Made by a program: the position numbers and the translations under genes. A stretch of DNA of 64,000 nt from Dehalococcoidia bacterium (GTDB taxonomy: Bacteria; Chloroflexota; Dehalococcoidia; UBA2979). Under the pieces are notes generated by a model. It saw only the letters and a program-made list of their open reading frames with translations, was not told where the DNA came from and did no database searches. The stretch lies in contig CAXXDN010000001.1 of the NCBI GenBank assembly GCA_963667465.2, positions 32,001-96,000 on the forward strand, read 5' to 3'. Positions 31,634-41,662 of the stretch are shown here, piece by piece; the stretch's first letter is position 1, and the number at the start of each line of letters is the position of its first letter.

Positions 31634-32929
31634 ATGACGACCACCGAGCGGCGCTACCCGAAGATCACCGACGAGGGCGTGACCGCGATGCGCGCGCGCG
31701 TCGGGATCCCCGCGAAGCGCGACGACCGCGGAAAGTACACCCAGATCAACGCCGACGCCGCGCGCGGCTACTCGATCGCCACCGGCGACCTCAACCCGCT
31801 CTACGTCGACGCCAACCACGCGCGCGCCAGCCGCTGGGGCGACACTGTCGCGCCTCCCGGCATCCTGCTCGCCACCGGCGAGCCGGAGGGCCGCGACATC
31901 ACTCCCGAGGAGCGCGAGGCCGGGCGCGGCGGCGCCCTGCCCGGCGTCCACGGCATGTTCGCCGGCCGCGATTTCGAGTGGTACGCGCCCATGCTCGCCG
32001 GCGACACCATCCACAAGGTCACCTACGAGGCCGGCTTCTACGAGAAGGACGGCAAGTTCACCGGCAGCCGCCAGATCCTCCAGATGGTCGAGACGCTGTT
32101 CCGCAACCAGCGCCACGAGGTCGTCGCCAAGATGCTCGGCTGGCGCATGCGCACCGAGCGCGACGCGGCCCGCGAGCGCAAGTCCGTCTTCCGCGAGTCC
32201 CGCGTCTGGAGCGACGAAGAGCTGGCAGAGATCGACGAGGCCTACGCGCGCGAGACCTGGCGCGGGCCGGAGCCCCGCTACTGGGAGGACGTGCAGATCG
32301 GCGACAACCTCGGCGAGATGGTGCGCGGCCCCTTCCGCGTCACCGACGGCGTGGCCTGGGAGATGGGCTGGGGCGGCCCCTACGCCCGCACCGGCAAGTC
32401 CGACCACGAGTTCCGCTCGCGCCACCCCGGCGCCTACACGCAGGACCCGCGAGGCGTCTGGGACGTCGTCGAGCGCGTCCACTGGGACGACGACTTCGCG
32501 CGCGAGATCGGCGTGCCCGCCGCCTACGACTACGGCGCGCAGCGCGTCGGCTGGACCTGCAACTTCCTCACCAACTGGATGGGTGACGACGCCTGGCTGA
32601 AGCGCATGTGGGTCCAGATCCGCAAGTTCAACATCCTCGGCGACCTCCAGACCTTCACCGGCGAGGTGATCGACAAGCGCATCGAGAACGGCGAGTACCA
32701 GGTCGTCTGCGACTTCCAGGCGATCAACCAGCTGAACGAGATCACCACGCCGGGCCAGGCAATCATCCTGCTGCCCTCGCGCGAGGCGGGGAACCCGCAA
32801 CTGCCGACCGGCAACCAGCCGCCCTACCCCACCTGGGAGGGCGACAAGAAGGTCGTGCCCGTCGGTCCGTCGCCGTTCCAGCCGGTCTCTTCGACGCACG
32901 GCTTCCGCATGGTCGGGCTGCAGGAGTAG
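31634..32929 (+). CDS. double hot-dog (MaoC/FAS1-like) acyl dehydratase
   Basis: GDLNPLY...A..SRWG..VAPP, RYWEDVQIGD, RVHWD..FAR.IGVP.AYDYG; GGAG RBS. Confidence 0.87.
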   Translation: MTTTERRYPKITDEGVTAMRARVGIPAKRDDRGKYTQINADAARGYSIATGDLNPLYVDANHARASRWGDTVAPPGILLATGEPEGRDITPEEREAGRGGALPGVHGMFAGRDFEWYAPMLAGDTIHKVTYEAGFYEKDGKFTGSRQILQMVETLFRNQRHEVVAKMLGWRMRTERDAARERKSVFRESRVWSDEELAEIDEAYARETWRGPEPRYWEDVQIGDNLGEMVRGPFRVTDGVAWEMGWGGPYARTGKSDHEFRSRHPGAYTQDPRGVWDVVERVHWDDDFAREIGVPAAYDYGAQRVGWTCNFLTNWMGDDAWLKRMWVQIRKFNILGDLQTFTGEVIDKRIENGEYQVVCDFQAINQLNEITTPGQAIILLPSREAGNPQLPTGNQPPYPTWEGDKKVVPVGPSPFQPVSSTHGFRMVGLQE

Positions 32930-32939
32930 GACCCCGGCC

Positions 32940-35420
32940 GTGAGCGAGCAGCTCGTCCCGGCGCCCGCCCTCCTCGAGGGCATCACGGCCGTCGAGTACG
33001 GCGAGAGCGCGGCGATCGGCTTCGCTGGTCGGCTACTCGCCGACCTCGGCGCGACGGTCACCAAGATCGAGCCACCCGCGGGCGACCGCACCCGCTTCGA
33101 GGGCTACACCTCGCCCGGCGCGGACGCCTCTGCCCTCTTCGCTTACGCCAACGCCGGCAAGCGGAGCGTCGTGCTCGACGACACAACGGCCGAGGGGCGC
33201 GACGAGCTGGCGAGGCTGCTCGCGAGCGCCGAGATCGTGATCGACGCACACGCGGCGAGCCACTGGCGCGAGCTCGGGCTGGACTTCGACGCGCTGCCGG
33301 GTAGCGGGCGTTGCCGCCTCGCGGTCTCGCTGACGCCGTTCGGGCGCTTCGGCGAACGCGCGGAGTGGGCGGCGACACACCTCACCAGCCACCACACGGG
33401 CGGTGAGTCCTACGCCTTCCCCGGCGGCCTCAGCTGGCTGCGCTACCCGGACCGCGAGCCGGTCCGCGTGCCCGGCCGCGTCGCCGAGTTCGACGCCGGC
33501 ACCGCAGCCGGCCTCACGATGCTCGGTTGGCTCGCCGGAGACCGCGCGGCGGCGGTGGTTGAGCTGAGCTGGCAGGAAGCGGCGATCGCACTGAGCCGCC
33601 AGGACATCGTGAAGTGGCCCAACGACGGCTTCATCGACAACCGCGCGACGCGCCAGATCCCCGTGCTCGGCCTCGTCGAGTGCCGCGACGGCTGGGTGGA
33701 GATCTACCCGTCCGAGCAGCACATGTGGGAGCGCCTCGTGCTCGCCGTCGGCGACCCGGAGTGGGCGCACACGCTCGGCGAGACAGCCGAGGACCGCATC
33801 AAGAACACAGGCGAGCTCAACGACCTCTTCGCCTTCTGGCTCAAGGAGCGCACCAAGTCCGAGGTCTACGAGGCCCTCCGCAAGGAGGGCGTGCCCGGCG
33901 GGCCCGTGCGCACAATGCAGGACATCTACGAGTCCGATCAGCTGCGCTTCCGCGACTTCTTCCACGGCGTCGCCTACCCCGACGGCGAGCTGCAGGACGT
34001 GCCCGGCCACCCCTACATCGTGCGCGAGGCGCACGGCGGCGCGGACGACCGCGCCTGGCGGCCGGGACCGCGTGGGGCCGCCGCGCCGTCGCTGGGCGCG
34101 GACACCGAGGAGACGCTCGCGGCCCTCGACAGCGAACGCGCTCCGGTGGTCCGCTCCGGCGCACCCGCGCCCGAGCAGACCGAGACCCCGGCGCGGCCGA
34201 TCGACTGGCTCAAGGGCAGGCGCGTCGTCGACCTCACCTGGTACCAGGCGGGACCCTACGGAAACATGATCCTCGCCTCACTCGGCGCCGAGGTCGTGAA
34301 GGTCGAGAGCCTCGGCCGCACCGACCCGTTCCGCAAGGCGCGGCGCCTCAAGACTGTCATGCTCGACGAGTTGAAGCACGGCGACTGGGTCGACACCGGC
34401 TACCGCTTCAACGAGGTCAACATGGGCAAGCAGAGCGTCCAGGTGGACCTCGGGCACGAGCGCGGCCGCGAGATCGTGCGCGAGCTGGTCGCCGGCGCCG
34501 ACGTGATCATCGAGAGCTTCCGGCCGGGCGCGGTGGCGCGGCTCGGGCTCGGCTTCGACCGGCTGATCGAGGTTAACCCGCGCATCGTCATGCTCTCGCT
34601 CTCGGCCAACGGCGAGACCGGGCCGGACGGCCACATGCCCGGCTACGCCGCCGTCTTCGGCGCGACCTCCGGCATGTCCGGCCTCAGCGGCTACGACGTG
34701 AGCACCCCCAGCGAGTACCGCGGCCCGCTCGACCAGCGCGTCGGCACCTCGGTCGCCCTCGCCGCGATCGTCGGGCTGATGGCGCGCGACCACTCGGACA
34801 GCGCCGTGCTGATCGACTTCGCCGCCTCCGAGGTGGGGACCACGCTGGTCGGCGACCAGCTGCTGGAGTGGCAGCTGCGCGGGACCGTCGACGAGCCGCT
34901 GGGCAACCATCACCCGGTGCTCGCGCCGCACAACTCGTACGAGTGCGAGGACAGCGACCGTCCCGGCTGGATCGTGCTCGCCGTCGAGCGCGACGCGCAG
35001 TGGCGGCGGCTCGCCGGGCACATCGGCGACTGGCGGCTGGACCCTGCCTGGGACCAGCAGGCGCGCAAGGCGCAGGAGCCCGCGATCGACGCGGCGATCG
35101 CCGACTGGGCGCGCGGCCGCGACCGCCACGAACTGGTCGCCGAGCTGCAGTCGCTCGGCGTTGCGGCCTCGCCGAGCATGAACGTGCGCGACCTCTACGA
35201 GGATTCGCACATCCGCCAGCGCGGCATGTGGACGCGCGTCGACCACGCCCGCCTCGGCAACATCGAGGTGCTCTCGATGCCCTGGCTGGTCAACGGCGCC
35301 CGCCCCGTGATGCACCCCGCGCCGGCGCTCGGCCAGCACAACGACTACGTCTACCGCGAGATCCTCGGCCTCACCCCCGAGGAGCAGGCCGCCCTCGCCG
35401 CCTCCGGGGTGGCGTACTAG
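32940..35420 (+). CDS. family III CoA-transferase, two fused domains
   Basis: Two CaiB-like units (LADLGATVTKIEPPAGD/NAGKRS; LGAEVVKVE/NMGKQS/ESFRPG), each ending AP.LG. Confidence 0.92.
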   Translation: MSEQLVPAPALLEGITAVEYGESAAIGFAGRLLADLGATVTKIEPPAGDRTRFEGYTSPGADASALFAYANAGKRSVVLDDTTAEGRDELARLLASAEIVIDAHAASHWRELGLDFDALPGSGRCRLAVSLTPFGRFGERAEWAATHLTSHHTGGESYAFPGGLSWLRYPDREPVRVPGRVAEFDAGTAAGLTMLGWLAGDRAAAVVELSWQEAAIALSRQDIVKWPNDGFIDNRATRQIPVLGLVECRDGWVEIYPSEQHMWERLVLAVGDPEWAHTLGETAEDRIKNTGELNDLFAFWLKERTKSEVYEALRKEGVPGGPVRTMQDIYESDQLRFRDFFHGVAYPDGELQDVPGHPYIVREAHGGADDRAWRPGPRGAAAPSLGADTEETLAALDSERAPVVRSGAPAPEQTETPARPIDWLKGRRVVDLTWYQAGPYGNMILASLGAEVVKVESLGRTDPFRKARRLKTVMLDELKHGDWVDTGYRFNEVNMGKQSVQVDLGHERGREIVRELVAGADVIIESFRPGAVARLGLGFDRLIEVNPRIVMLSLSANGETGPDGHMPGYAAVFGATSGMSGLSGYDVSTPSEYRGPLDQRVGTSVALAAIVGLMARDHSDSAVLIDFAASEVGTTLVGDQLLEWQLRGTVDEPLGNHHPVLAPHNSYECEDSDRPGWIVLAVERDAQWRRLAGHIGDWRLDPAWDQQARKAQEPAIDAAIADWARGRDRHELVAELQSLGVAASPSMNVRDLYEDSHIRQRGMWTRVDHARLGNIEVLSMPWLVNGARPVMHPAPALGQHNDYVYREILGLTPEEQAALAASGVAY

Positions 35421-35429
35421 GCTTCAGGT

Positions 35430-35684
35430 ATGGCAAACGCACCGCGCGACGAAGACGGCTACCTGCGCGCTGTCAGCGAGACGCTGACCGAGTGGAACTC
35501 GCCCGAGGACGAGGACGCCTGGCCTGACGAAGCGCCGGATACGCAGAGTGCTGCGCCGGAGCAGGAACCTCCGCCGCGCGCGGATCTCGCGCGCTCGATT
35601 CGCGACCGGTCTAAGTCCCTGGGTGGCACCGAACTGGACCTGCCGAACCGTGAACCGAAGTGCAAGCCTCCACAGCCCGACTGA
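35430..35684 (+). CDS. small acidic protein made of antitoxin C-terminal-like segments
   Basis: YLRAVSETLTEWNSPEDEDAW (AbrB-type tail) followed by LARSIRDR...LGG.ELDLP.REP (FitA-type tail). Confidence 0.55.
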   Translation: MANAPRDEDGYLRAVSETLTEWNSPEDEDAWPDEAPDTQSAAPEQEPPPRADLARSIRDRSKSLGGTELDLPNREPKCKPPQPD

Positions 35685-35700
35685 TCGGGCAGCGGCGACC

Positions 35701-35727
35701 ACGCTCGATCCCAACGTGGTCTCGGGG
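35701..35727 (+). pseudogene. possible VapC/PIN toxin N-terminal vestige
   Basis: Translates TLDPNVVSG, resembling the PIN start xLDTNVVSE, just after the antitoxin-like ORF. Confidence 0.35.
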
Positions 35728-35853
35728 AGCCACGAGAGCGTTCAGGACGATTGGAGGCCCTTCAGCCCGGAGAGCCCGCCTTGACACTGCCCTACAGGCT
35801 GCTCGGGCGTTCGAAGATTGCGGGTCGTTACGTCTGCTCGCTACCATGAGCCA

Positions 35854-36429
35854 GTGAGAATCGCTTGGACCTCCGGCATTGTCGGCATAGTGACTGCAGC
35901 CGTTAGCGGGCTTGCCGAGTATGTGCTTACGGGTGGAACGGCGACTTGGATTCCGTTGACGTCCGGCATGATAGGTGCCGTACTTGCACTCGCAGCAGGC
36001 ACCTTAGTTGCACCGCGTATTGGTGCCAGACCAGTAGAGCCTTACAGCCCTGTCGTTCAGGGAGAGCACTATACCCGGCGCACAGTTTCGGAGTTGGTGC
36101 GCGCGCTAGAAGGCAAGACATCAGTGGAGGGTGAGCACATTAGCGCGCTCCATGTCGATACGCGAATCGTGGTCAGCGGCAGCGTGAGTGACGTCAGAAG
36201 AAGCTATAGCACTCCGTCTAGCTGCACCGTCTCCATACGCGTTCCCCTAGGAGTGCTGAAGTTCTCCTGCTTCGCCCAAGCCGAATTTGACCAAGACCGG
36301 TCCGTCGGCGCACAAACGCTACAGGTGGGCGACCCAGTCCTGATCGATGGGCGGATCTCGTCGATCCATGGGCAGAGCGTTTTCTTGGAAGACTCTCGGC
36401 TCCTTCCGACGAATCAGCCCCAAGGGTAG
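35854..36429 (+). CDS. hypothetical protein, two TM helices plus possible OB-fold domain
   Basis: AT-richer ORF; two hydrophobic helices, then IVVSGSVSDV...LQVGDPVLIDGRI...L.D; TACCAT 6 nt before GTG suggests a leaderless start. Confidence 0.7.
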   Translation: MRIAWTSGIVGIVTAAVSGLAEYVLTGGTATWIPLTSGMIGAVLALAAGTLVAPRIGARPVEPYSPVVQGEHYTRRTVSELVRALEGKTSVEGEHISALHVDTRIVVSGSVSDVRRSYSTPSSCTVSIRVPLGVLKFSCFAQAEFDQDRSVGAQTLQVGDPVLIDGRISSIHGQSVFLEDSRLLPTNQPQG

Positions 36430-36472
36430 GTTCACTCCGCCCGTAGATGGCACGTGTTTGTCCTGATGGGTA

Positions 36473-37436
36473 TCAGCGCCCCGTCACATCCGGAGCACTC
36501 CGGATGCGCTCGACGTAGTCGGCGAGGCCGGCTTCGATGGTGTAGCGGGGGGCGAAGCCGAGCTCCTCGCGGATCAGGGTGTTGTCCATGAGCTGGCCGA
36601 CGTGGGCCGGGCGCTCGCTGACCTCGATGCGGGCGTCGGGGAGGAGACGGCGCAACTCGGCGGTGTAGTCGCCGATCGGGCGCTGCTCGGCGCGCATGTT
36701 GTAGGCACGGTGCGGCGGGTTCACGGCCATCAGCGCCAGCCACCACGCCTCGGCGGCGTCGGCGGCGTAGCACCAGTCCGCCAGCTGCGAGCCGGGAGGC
36801 ATGGTGATCGGCTCGCCGCGCACCGCCAGCTCGGCCAGCGCCATGTAGTGCGGCAGATCGCGCACGTGCACCAGCCCCGAGGCGCACGATCCTCGCCAGG
36901 CCCGGCCCAGCCCGAACACCGAGCAGGGCCGCAGGCTGACGATCTCCATGCCCGTGCTCGTCGTTGTAGACGTCGGCCAGGTGCTCGCTCCACAGCTTGC
37001 ACGCGCCGTAGAGGCTGTCCGGCCGCTTCGGGTCGTCCTCGCGCAGCGAGCTGGACTCGTGCGGACCGTAGACGGCGAGCGAGCTGGCGTTGACGACGCG
37101 CACGATGCCGTGCAGCCGCGCCGTCTCGAAGACGTTCGCGGTACCCATCGTCTGCACCCGCGCGTAGGGCACGATCTTCTCCGGCTCCGGCCCGCCCACG
37201 CCGAAGGCGAGATGCACCACCCGCTCGACGCGATGGCGGTCCAGCGCCGCCAGCAGTTCCTGCGGCTCCAGCACGTCGCCCTCGACAACCGTGACGCGGC
37301 CCTCGATGCCCTCGAGCTTGCGCAGGTCCGGGTAGCGGTCGAAGAGCACGACGTCCGCGACGCCCTTCTCAAGCAGCAGGTGGCGCGCGCGGCAGGAGCC
37401 GAGGAACCCGGTCCCGCCCGTGATCATGATCGACAT
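36473..37436 (-). pseudogene. NAD-dependent epimerase/dehydratase, frameshifted near 36952
   Basis: TGGTGFLG and YGACK in one frame, MEIVSLRPCSVFG...ELGFAPRY in another; one extra G in CAC-GGG-C-ATG. Confidence 0.8.
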
Positions 37437-37553
37437 CGCGCACCTCCCGAGCGGGCCAACCTCGATACTCGCCCGCGAGGCGCTAAGATACCGGCGCGCC
37501 GCGCCTCAGGCCGCGCCGCGCCCTCGCGACCAGACGCGACCGCTGGAGGAACG

Positions 37554-38780
37554 ATGGACTGGGAAGACACGACAGAGCAGGCCACGTTCCGCTCCGAGGT
37601 GCGCCAGCTGATCGACGATCGCCTTCCAGAGTGGTATCGCGAGCGCACGCGCCTCGGCATCGAACACGGCCCCGAGGGCGGCTGGGTCGCCGACCGCGCC
37701 TCCGGCGATCCCGAGCGCACCTCAGCAGCGAACGAGTGGACCGAGGCGCTCGCCGAGCGCGGCTGGTTCGCCCCGCATTGGCCGAAGGAGTACGGCGGCG
37801 GCGGCCTCAGCGCGATGGAGCAGTTCATCTTCAAACAGGAGGTTGCCGAGGCGGCCGCACCCGATGTCGGCGGGCAGGGCGTGAGCATGCTCGGCCCGAC
37901 GATCATCGTGCACGGTTCCGAGGAGCAGAAGTCGGCCTACCTGTCGGGCATCCTCAGCGGCGAGATCCTCTGGGCGCAGGGCTACTCCGAGCCCGGCGCG
38001 GGCTCCGACCTCGCCTCGCTGGCCACGCGCGCCGTGCGCGACGGCGACGAGTTCGTGATCAACGGGCAGAAGATCTGGACGTCGAACGCCCACCACGCCG
38101 ACGCGCTGTTCGCCCTCGTGCGCACCGACCCCGACGCACCGAAGCACCGCGGCATCAGCTTCATGCTGATCGACGACATCCACACGCCGGGCCTCAGCGT
38201 CCGGCCGCTGATCAACATGGCCTGGGAGCACGGCTTCAACGAGACCTTCTTTGAGAACGTCCGCGTCCCCGCCAGCAACGTCCTCGGCGAGGAGAACCGC
38301 GGCTGGTACGTCGGCATGACGCTGCTCGACTTCGAGCGCTCGAACATCTCCGAGGCCGTCCGCATCCGCCGCTACATCCGCCGGCTGGTGCGCGACGCCA
38401 CCTCGGGGCCGGCGAGCGCCTACGCACGCCGCGCCGGCACGCTGCGCCACGAGGTGGCCGACCGCTTCATCGAGACGGAGGTCTGCCAGAACTTCTCGTT
38501 CCGCGTGATCTCGATCCAGAACGCCGGGCTGATCCCGAACTACGAGGCGTCGACCTCGCGCATGTTCATGGTGGAGCTGGACCAGCGCACGGCGCGCACT
38601 GGCGCCAAGGTGTTCGGGCTCTACTCGAACCTCTGGGACCCCGAGGACGAGCGAGCGCCCTCGATGGGCCTGTTCACGCTGCGCTACGTCACGACGATCT
38701 CGCGCACGATCGCCGGCGGTTCGTCCGAGATCCAGCGCACGATCATCGCCACGCGCGGCCTCGGACTGCCGCGCAGCTAG
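37554..38780 (+). CDS. acyl-CoA dehydrogenase family protein
   Basis: WPKEYGG, QGYSEPGAGSDLASL, NGQKIWTS, TIAGGSSEIQR; GGAGG RBS. Confidence 0.95.
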   Translation: MDWEDTTEQATFRSEVRQLIDDRLPEWYRERTRLGIEHGPEGGWVADRASGDPERTSAANEWTEALAERGWFAPHWPKEYGGGGLSAMEQFIFKQEVAEAAAPDVGGQGVSMLGPTIIVHGSEEQKSAYLSGILSGEILWAQGYSEPGAGSDLASLATRAVRDGDEFVINGQKIWTSNAHHADALFALVRTDPDAPKHRGISFMLIDDIHTPGLSVRPLINMAWEHGFNETFFENVRVPASNVLGEENRGWYVGMTLLDFERSNISEAVRIRRYIRRLVRDATSGPASAYARRAGTLRHEVADRFIETEVCQNFSFRVISIQNAGLIPNYEASTSRMFMVELDQRTARTGAKVFGLYSNLWDPEDERAPSMGLFTLRYVTTISRTIAGGSSEIQRTIIATRGLGLPRS

Positions 38781-38803
38781 CAAACCACCAGGAGTACCGC
38801 CCA

Positions 38804-39664
38804 ATGCCGTTCGTCGAGCGCCCCGACGGCGCACGCATCCACTACCAGACCTGGGGGCCGGAGGACGGCGCCACTCCGCTGCTGCTGATCGCGCCCGGCG
38901 GCGTGCGCTCCGAGATCGACTTCTGGCGCCGCGGCGACATCGACCCGACACGCGAATTCTCGGACGAGCGGCTGGTGATCGGCATGGACCAGCGCCACGC
39001 CGGAGACAGCTGCGAGGCGCCGCTGGAGTTCTCCTACGAGCTCGCGCTCGGCGACCAGCTCGCCGTCCTCGACGCGCTCGGCGTCGAGCGCGCGCACGTG
39101 ATGGGCGGCTGCATCGGCGTCGCCTACCTGCTGCGCATGATCCGCGAGGCTCCCGATCGGGTCGCCTCGGCGGTGGGGCAGAACCCCGTGGGCATCGACC
39201 ACACGAACTCGCGCGGGACGTTCATGGAGATGTTCCGCGAGACCGTCGAGCTCGCGCGCGCCGAGGGCATGGCGGCCGTCGTCGCGAGCGCCCTCGAAGA
39301 CCCGCAGTTCGTCACCAACAACGCGGGCGGCCCGTTCTCGCGTCGCATCGAGGTCGATCCCGCCTTCCGCGACGTGCTCGCGGCGATGCCGCCGGAGGAG
39401 TACGTCGCGACCGTCGGGCGCCTCGGCGATGCGTTCTGGCCGGACGATCCGCCCTACTTCACGGTCAGCGAGGAGTGGCTGCGCGGCTGCCCGGCGCCGC
39501 TGTTGATCCTGCCCGGCAGCGACGAGTTCCACCCCACCTCGATCGCCGAGCGCATCTGCGCCGAGGCCCCACACGCCCGTTGCCTCGCTGTGGACTGCCG
39601 ATCGCCGGCCAACCTCTCCGCCACCATCGAGGAGATCCGCGCCTTCCTCCGCGCGCACTCGTAG
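38804..39664 (+). CDS. alpha/beta hydrolase with Cys at the nucleophile elbow
   Basis: MDQRHAG, GGCIG, PGSDEFHP. Confidence 0.87.
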   Translation: MPFVERPDGARIHYQTWGPEDGATPLLLIAPGGVRSEIDFWRRGDIDPTREFSDERLVIGMDQRHAGDSCEAPLEFSYELALGDQLAVLDALGVERAHVMGGCIGVAYLLRMIREAPDRVASAVGQNPVGIDHTNSRGTFMEMFRETVELARAEGMAAVVASALEDPQFVTNNAGGPFSRRIEVDPAFRDVLAAMPPEEYVATVGRLGDAFWPDDPPYFTVSEEWLRGCPAPLLILPGSDEFHPTSIAERICAEAPHARCLAVDCRSPANLSATIEEIRAFLRAHS

Positions 39665-39685
39665 CGGCCGGCAGGCGCGTAGCGC

Positions 39686-40930
39686 ATGCGCCTGTTGATC
39701 ACTCCCGCCCGCCACTCGCTCGTCGCGAACACGCTGGAGTCGCTGCGCGCCTACCCGGACTTCCGCGCGCTCTGGTGGAGCACGCTGTTCGCGTGGAGCG
39801 CGTGGTGGGGGCTAAACGTCGTGCTCATCTGGCTGGCGTTCGATATCACGCGCTCGGAGTTCGCAGTCTCCGCGGCGGCGGCAGCCGGGTTGACGCCGAT
39901 GCTACTCGGGCCGGTCGGCGGCCTGCTCGCGGACCGACTCCACCGTCCACGCCTGCTCATCGGCGCACAGTCGCTCGGGCTCGCCACCGGGGTCACGATC
40001 GCCGCGCTCGTAACGCTGGAGCGGGCGGAGTACTGGCACGTCGTTGTGGCCACGGCGCTCCTCGGTCTGACCACGCAGCCGCTGATGCCGACACGGTTCA
40101 CGCTGACGATCGACCTCGTAGGCGAGCGACGCGTCTCGAGCGCGAACGCGGTCACGACCGCGGGGATGCTGGGCAGCCGCATGATCGTTCCCGCGGCGGC
40201 GGGTGCGCTGATCGCGACGTTCGGTGCGGATGTGGCGCTCTGGTTCTGCGCCGCCTGGTACCTGCCCGCATCGTGGCCCCTGCTCCGCATCAAGGACGCT
40301 CGCCGCGGTCCTCGCTCCGCCATGGCGGCGGCGCCGGCCGAGGTCTTGCACGGGTTCCGCTACGCCCTCACGAACCCCGCGCTGCGCGCCCTGCTGCTGG
40401 TCACAGTGCTGGCCAACATCCTCGGGTGGCCTGTGATCCTCGGCTTCCTCCCCATCTTCGCGGAGGAGATCTTCGAGGTCGGCGCCGCGGGGCTCGGCCT
40501 GATCGTCGCCGTCAACGGGCTCGGGGCGCTGGTCGCCGCCCTCGCGATCGCCTCCTGGGGGGACTTCCGCTGGAAGGGCCTGCTCTACCTGGTGGCGACG
40601 GTACTGTTCGGGCTGGGGCTCGCCGCGTTCGCGCTGAGTGGCGGGTTCGCACTCGCGCTGCTGCTCATCTTCTTCGCCGGCCTGGGGGGTTCGGGGTTCG
40701 GCGTGATGCAGAGCACCGTGACGATGCTGCTCGCGCCGGCCGACGCGCGCGGGCGCGTGCTCGGCGTGCTCATGGTTTCGATCGGCGTCCTGCCGGGCGC
40801 GATGCTTGTGCAGGGCGCGGCCGCGTCGGCGCTGGGCGTCGTGGCGACGACGGCGGCCTCGGGCCTGCTGCTCGCCGCCCTGACGATCGCCATCACCACC
40901 GTCTCGCCCGAGTTGCGGCGAGCCCACTGA
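39686..40930 (+). CDS. MFS transporter
   Basis: About 12 hydrophobic helices, GGLLADR, ARGRVLG. Confidence 0.92.
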   Translation: MRLLITPARHSLVANTLESLRAYPDFRALWWSTLFAWSAWWGLNVVLIWLAFDITRSEFAVSAAAAAGLTPMLLGPVGGLLADRLHRPRLLIGAQSLGLATGVTIAALVTLERAEYWHVVVATALLGLTTQPLMPTRFTLTIDLVGERRVSSANAVTTAGMLGSRMIVPAAAGALIATFGADVALWFCAAWYLPASWPLLRIKDARRGPRSAMAAAPAEVLHGFRYALTNPALRALLLVTVLANILGWPVILGFLPIFAEEIFEVGAAGLGLIVAVNGLGALVAALAIASWGDFRWKGLLYLVATVLFGLGLAAFALSGGFALALLLIFFAGLGGSGFGVMQSTVTMLLAPADARGRVLGVLMVSIGVLPGAMLVQGAAASALGVVATTAASGLLLAALTIAITTVSPELRRAH

Positions 40931-40957
40931 GGGCCGTCCGCGAGCGCCAGCCGGCCG

Positions 40958-41581
40958 CTACCCGATCGAGACGCCCCAGCGATCGACCGAGGCGACCTCG
41001 GCGAGCGGCTTGCGGGTGACCGGGCCGAAGTTGCCCTTCGGGTAGCCGAGCGGCACGGCGTAGACGATCTGCAGCTCCTCGGGAATCCCGAACAGCTCCT
41101 TCGCGCGCTCGTCGACGACGGCGTGCAGCGTCGTGATCGTGCCGCCGATGCCGATCGCGCGGGCGGCGAGCAGCAGGTTCTGCACCGCGGGAATCACCGA
41201 TGCCAGCGGGCCCGCTCCCTGCCCGGTCGCGCAGAGCAGCACGATCACCGGTGCCTCGGCGAACTCGTCTGCGAGCCGCATCGCCGAGACCAGCGTCCCG
41301 TTCGAGCGGTCGATGTCCTCGGGGCCGTGGATGCCCTGGTCGGCGCGCTTCGCCCACCACGCCTCGCGGTAGAGCGCGCCGAGCTGCCGCCGCAGCTTCG
41401 GGTCGCGCACCACGAGGAAGTGCCAGGGCTGGGCGTTGCCGCCGTTTGGCGCCTGGATCGCCGCCGTCAGGATGTCGCGCAGATCGTCCTCGGGGATCGC
41501 GTCGGGCTTGACGCGGCGGATCGCCCGCAGCGAGAAGATCGCCTCGCCGAGGCTGATCGGGAATCGTTCGCTCGGATCCAT
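40958..41581 (-). CDS. nitroreductase family protein
   Basis: RAIRR, APNGGNAQPWHF, QNLLLAARAIG, LGYP. Confidence 0.92.
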   Translation of the reverse strand: MDPSERFPISLGEAIFSLRAIRRVKPDAIPEDDLRDILTAAIQAPNGGNAQPWHFLVVRDPKLRRQLGALYREAWWAKRADQGIHGPEDIDRSNGTLVSAMRLADEFAEAPVIVLLCATGQGAGPLASVIPAVQNLLLAARAIGIGGTITTLHAVVDERAKELFGIPEELQIVYAVPLGYPKGNFGPVTRKPLAEVASVDRWGVSIG

Positions 41582-41584
41582 CGT

Positions 41585-41662
41585 GGCCTCCTGTGTCGTC
41601 GCGGCCTCCTGTGTCGTCGCGGCCTCCTGTGTCGTCGCGGCCTCCTGTGTCGTCACGGCCTC
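41585..41662. repeat. 18-bp tandem repeat x4.3 containing the nitroreductase RBS
   Basis: ggcctcctgtgtcgtcgc units; the - strand carries AGGAGG in each. Confidence 0.92.

Noticed and set aside
41585-41662. Possible CRISPR array (also considered for 5281-5535 and 49745-49810)
   Set aside because: Units are contiguous or irregular, with no unique spacers of constant length and no cas genes
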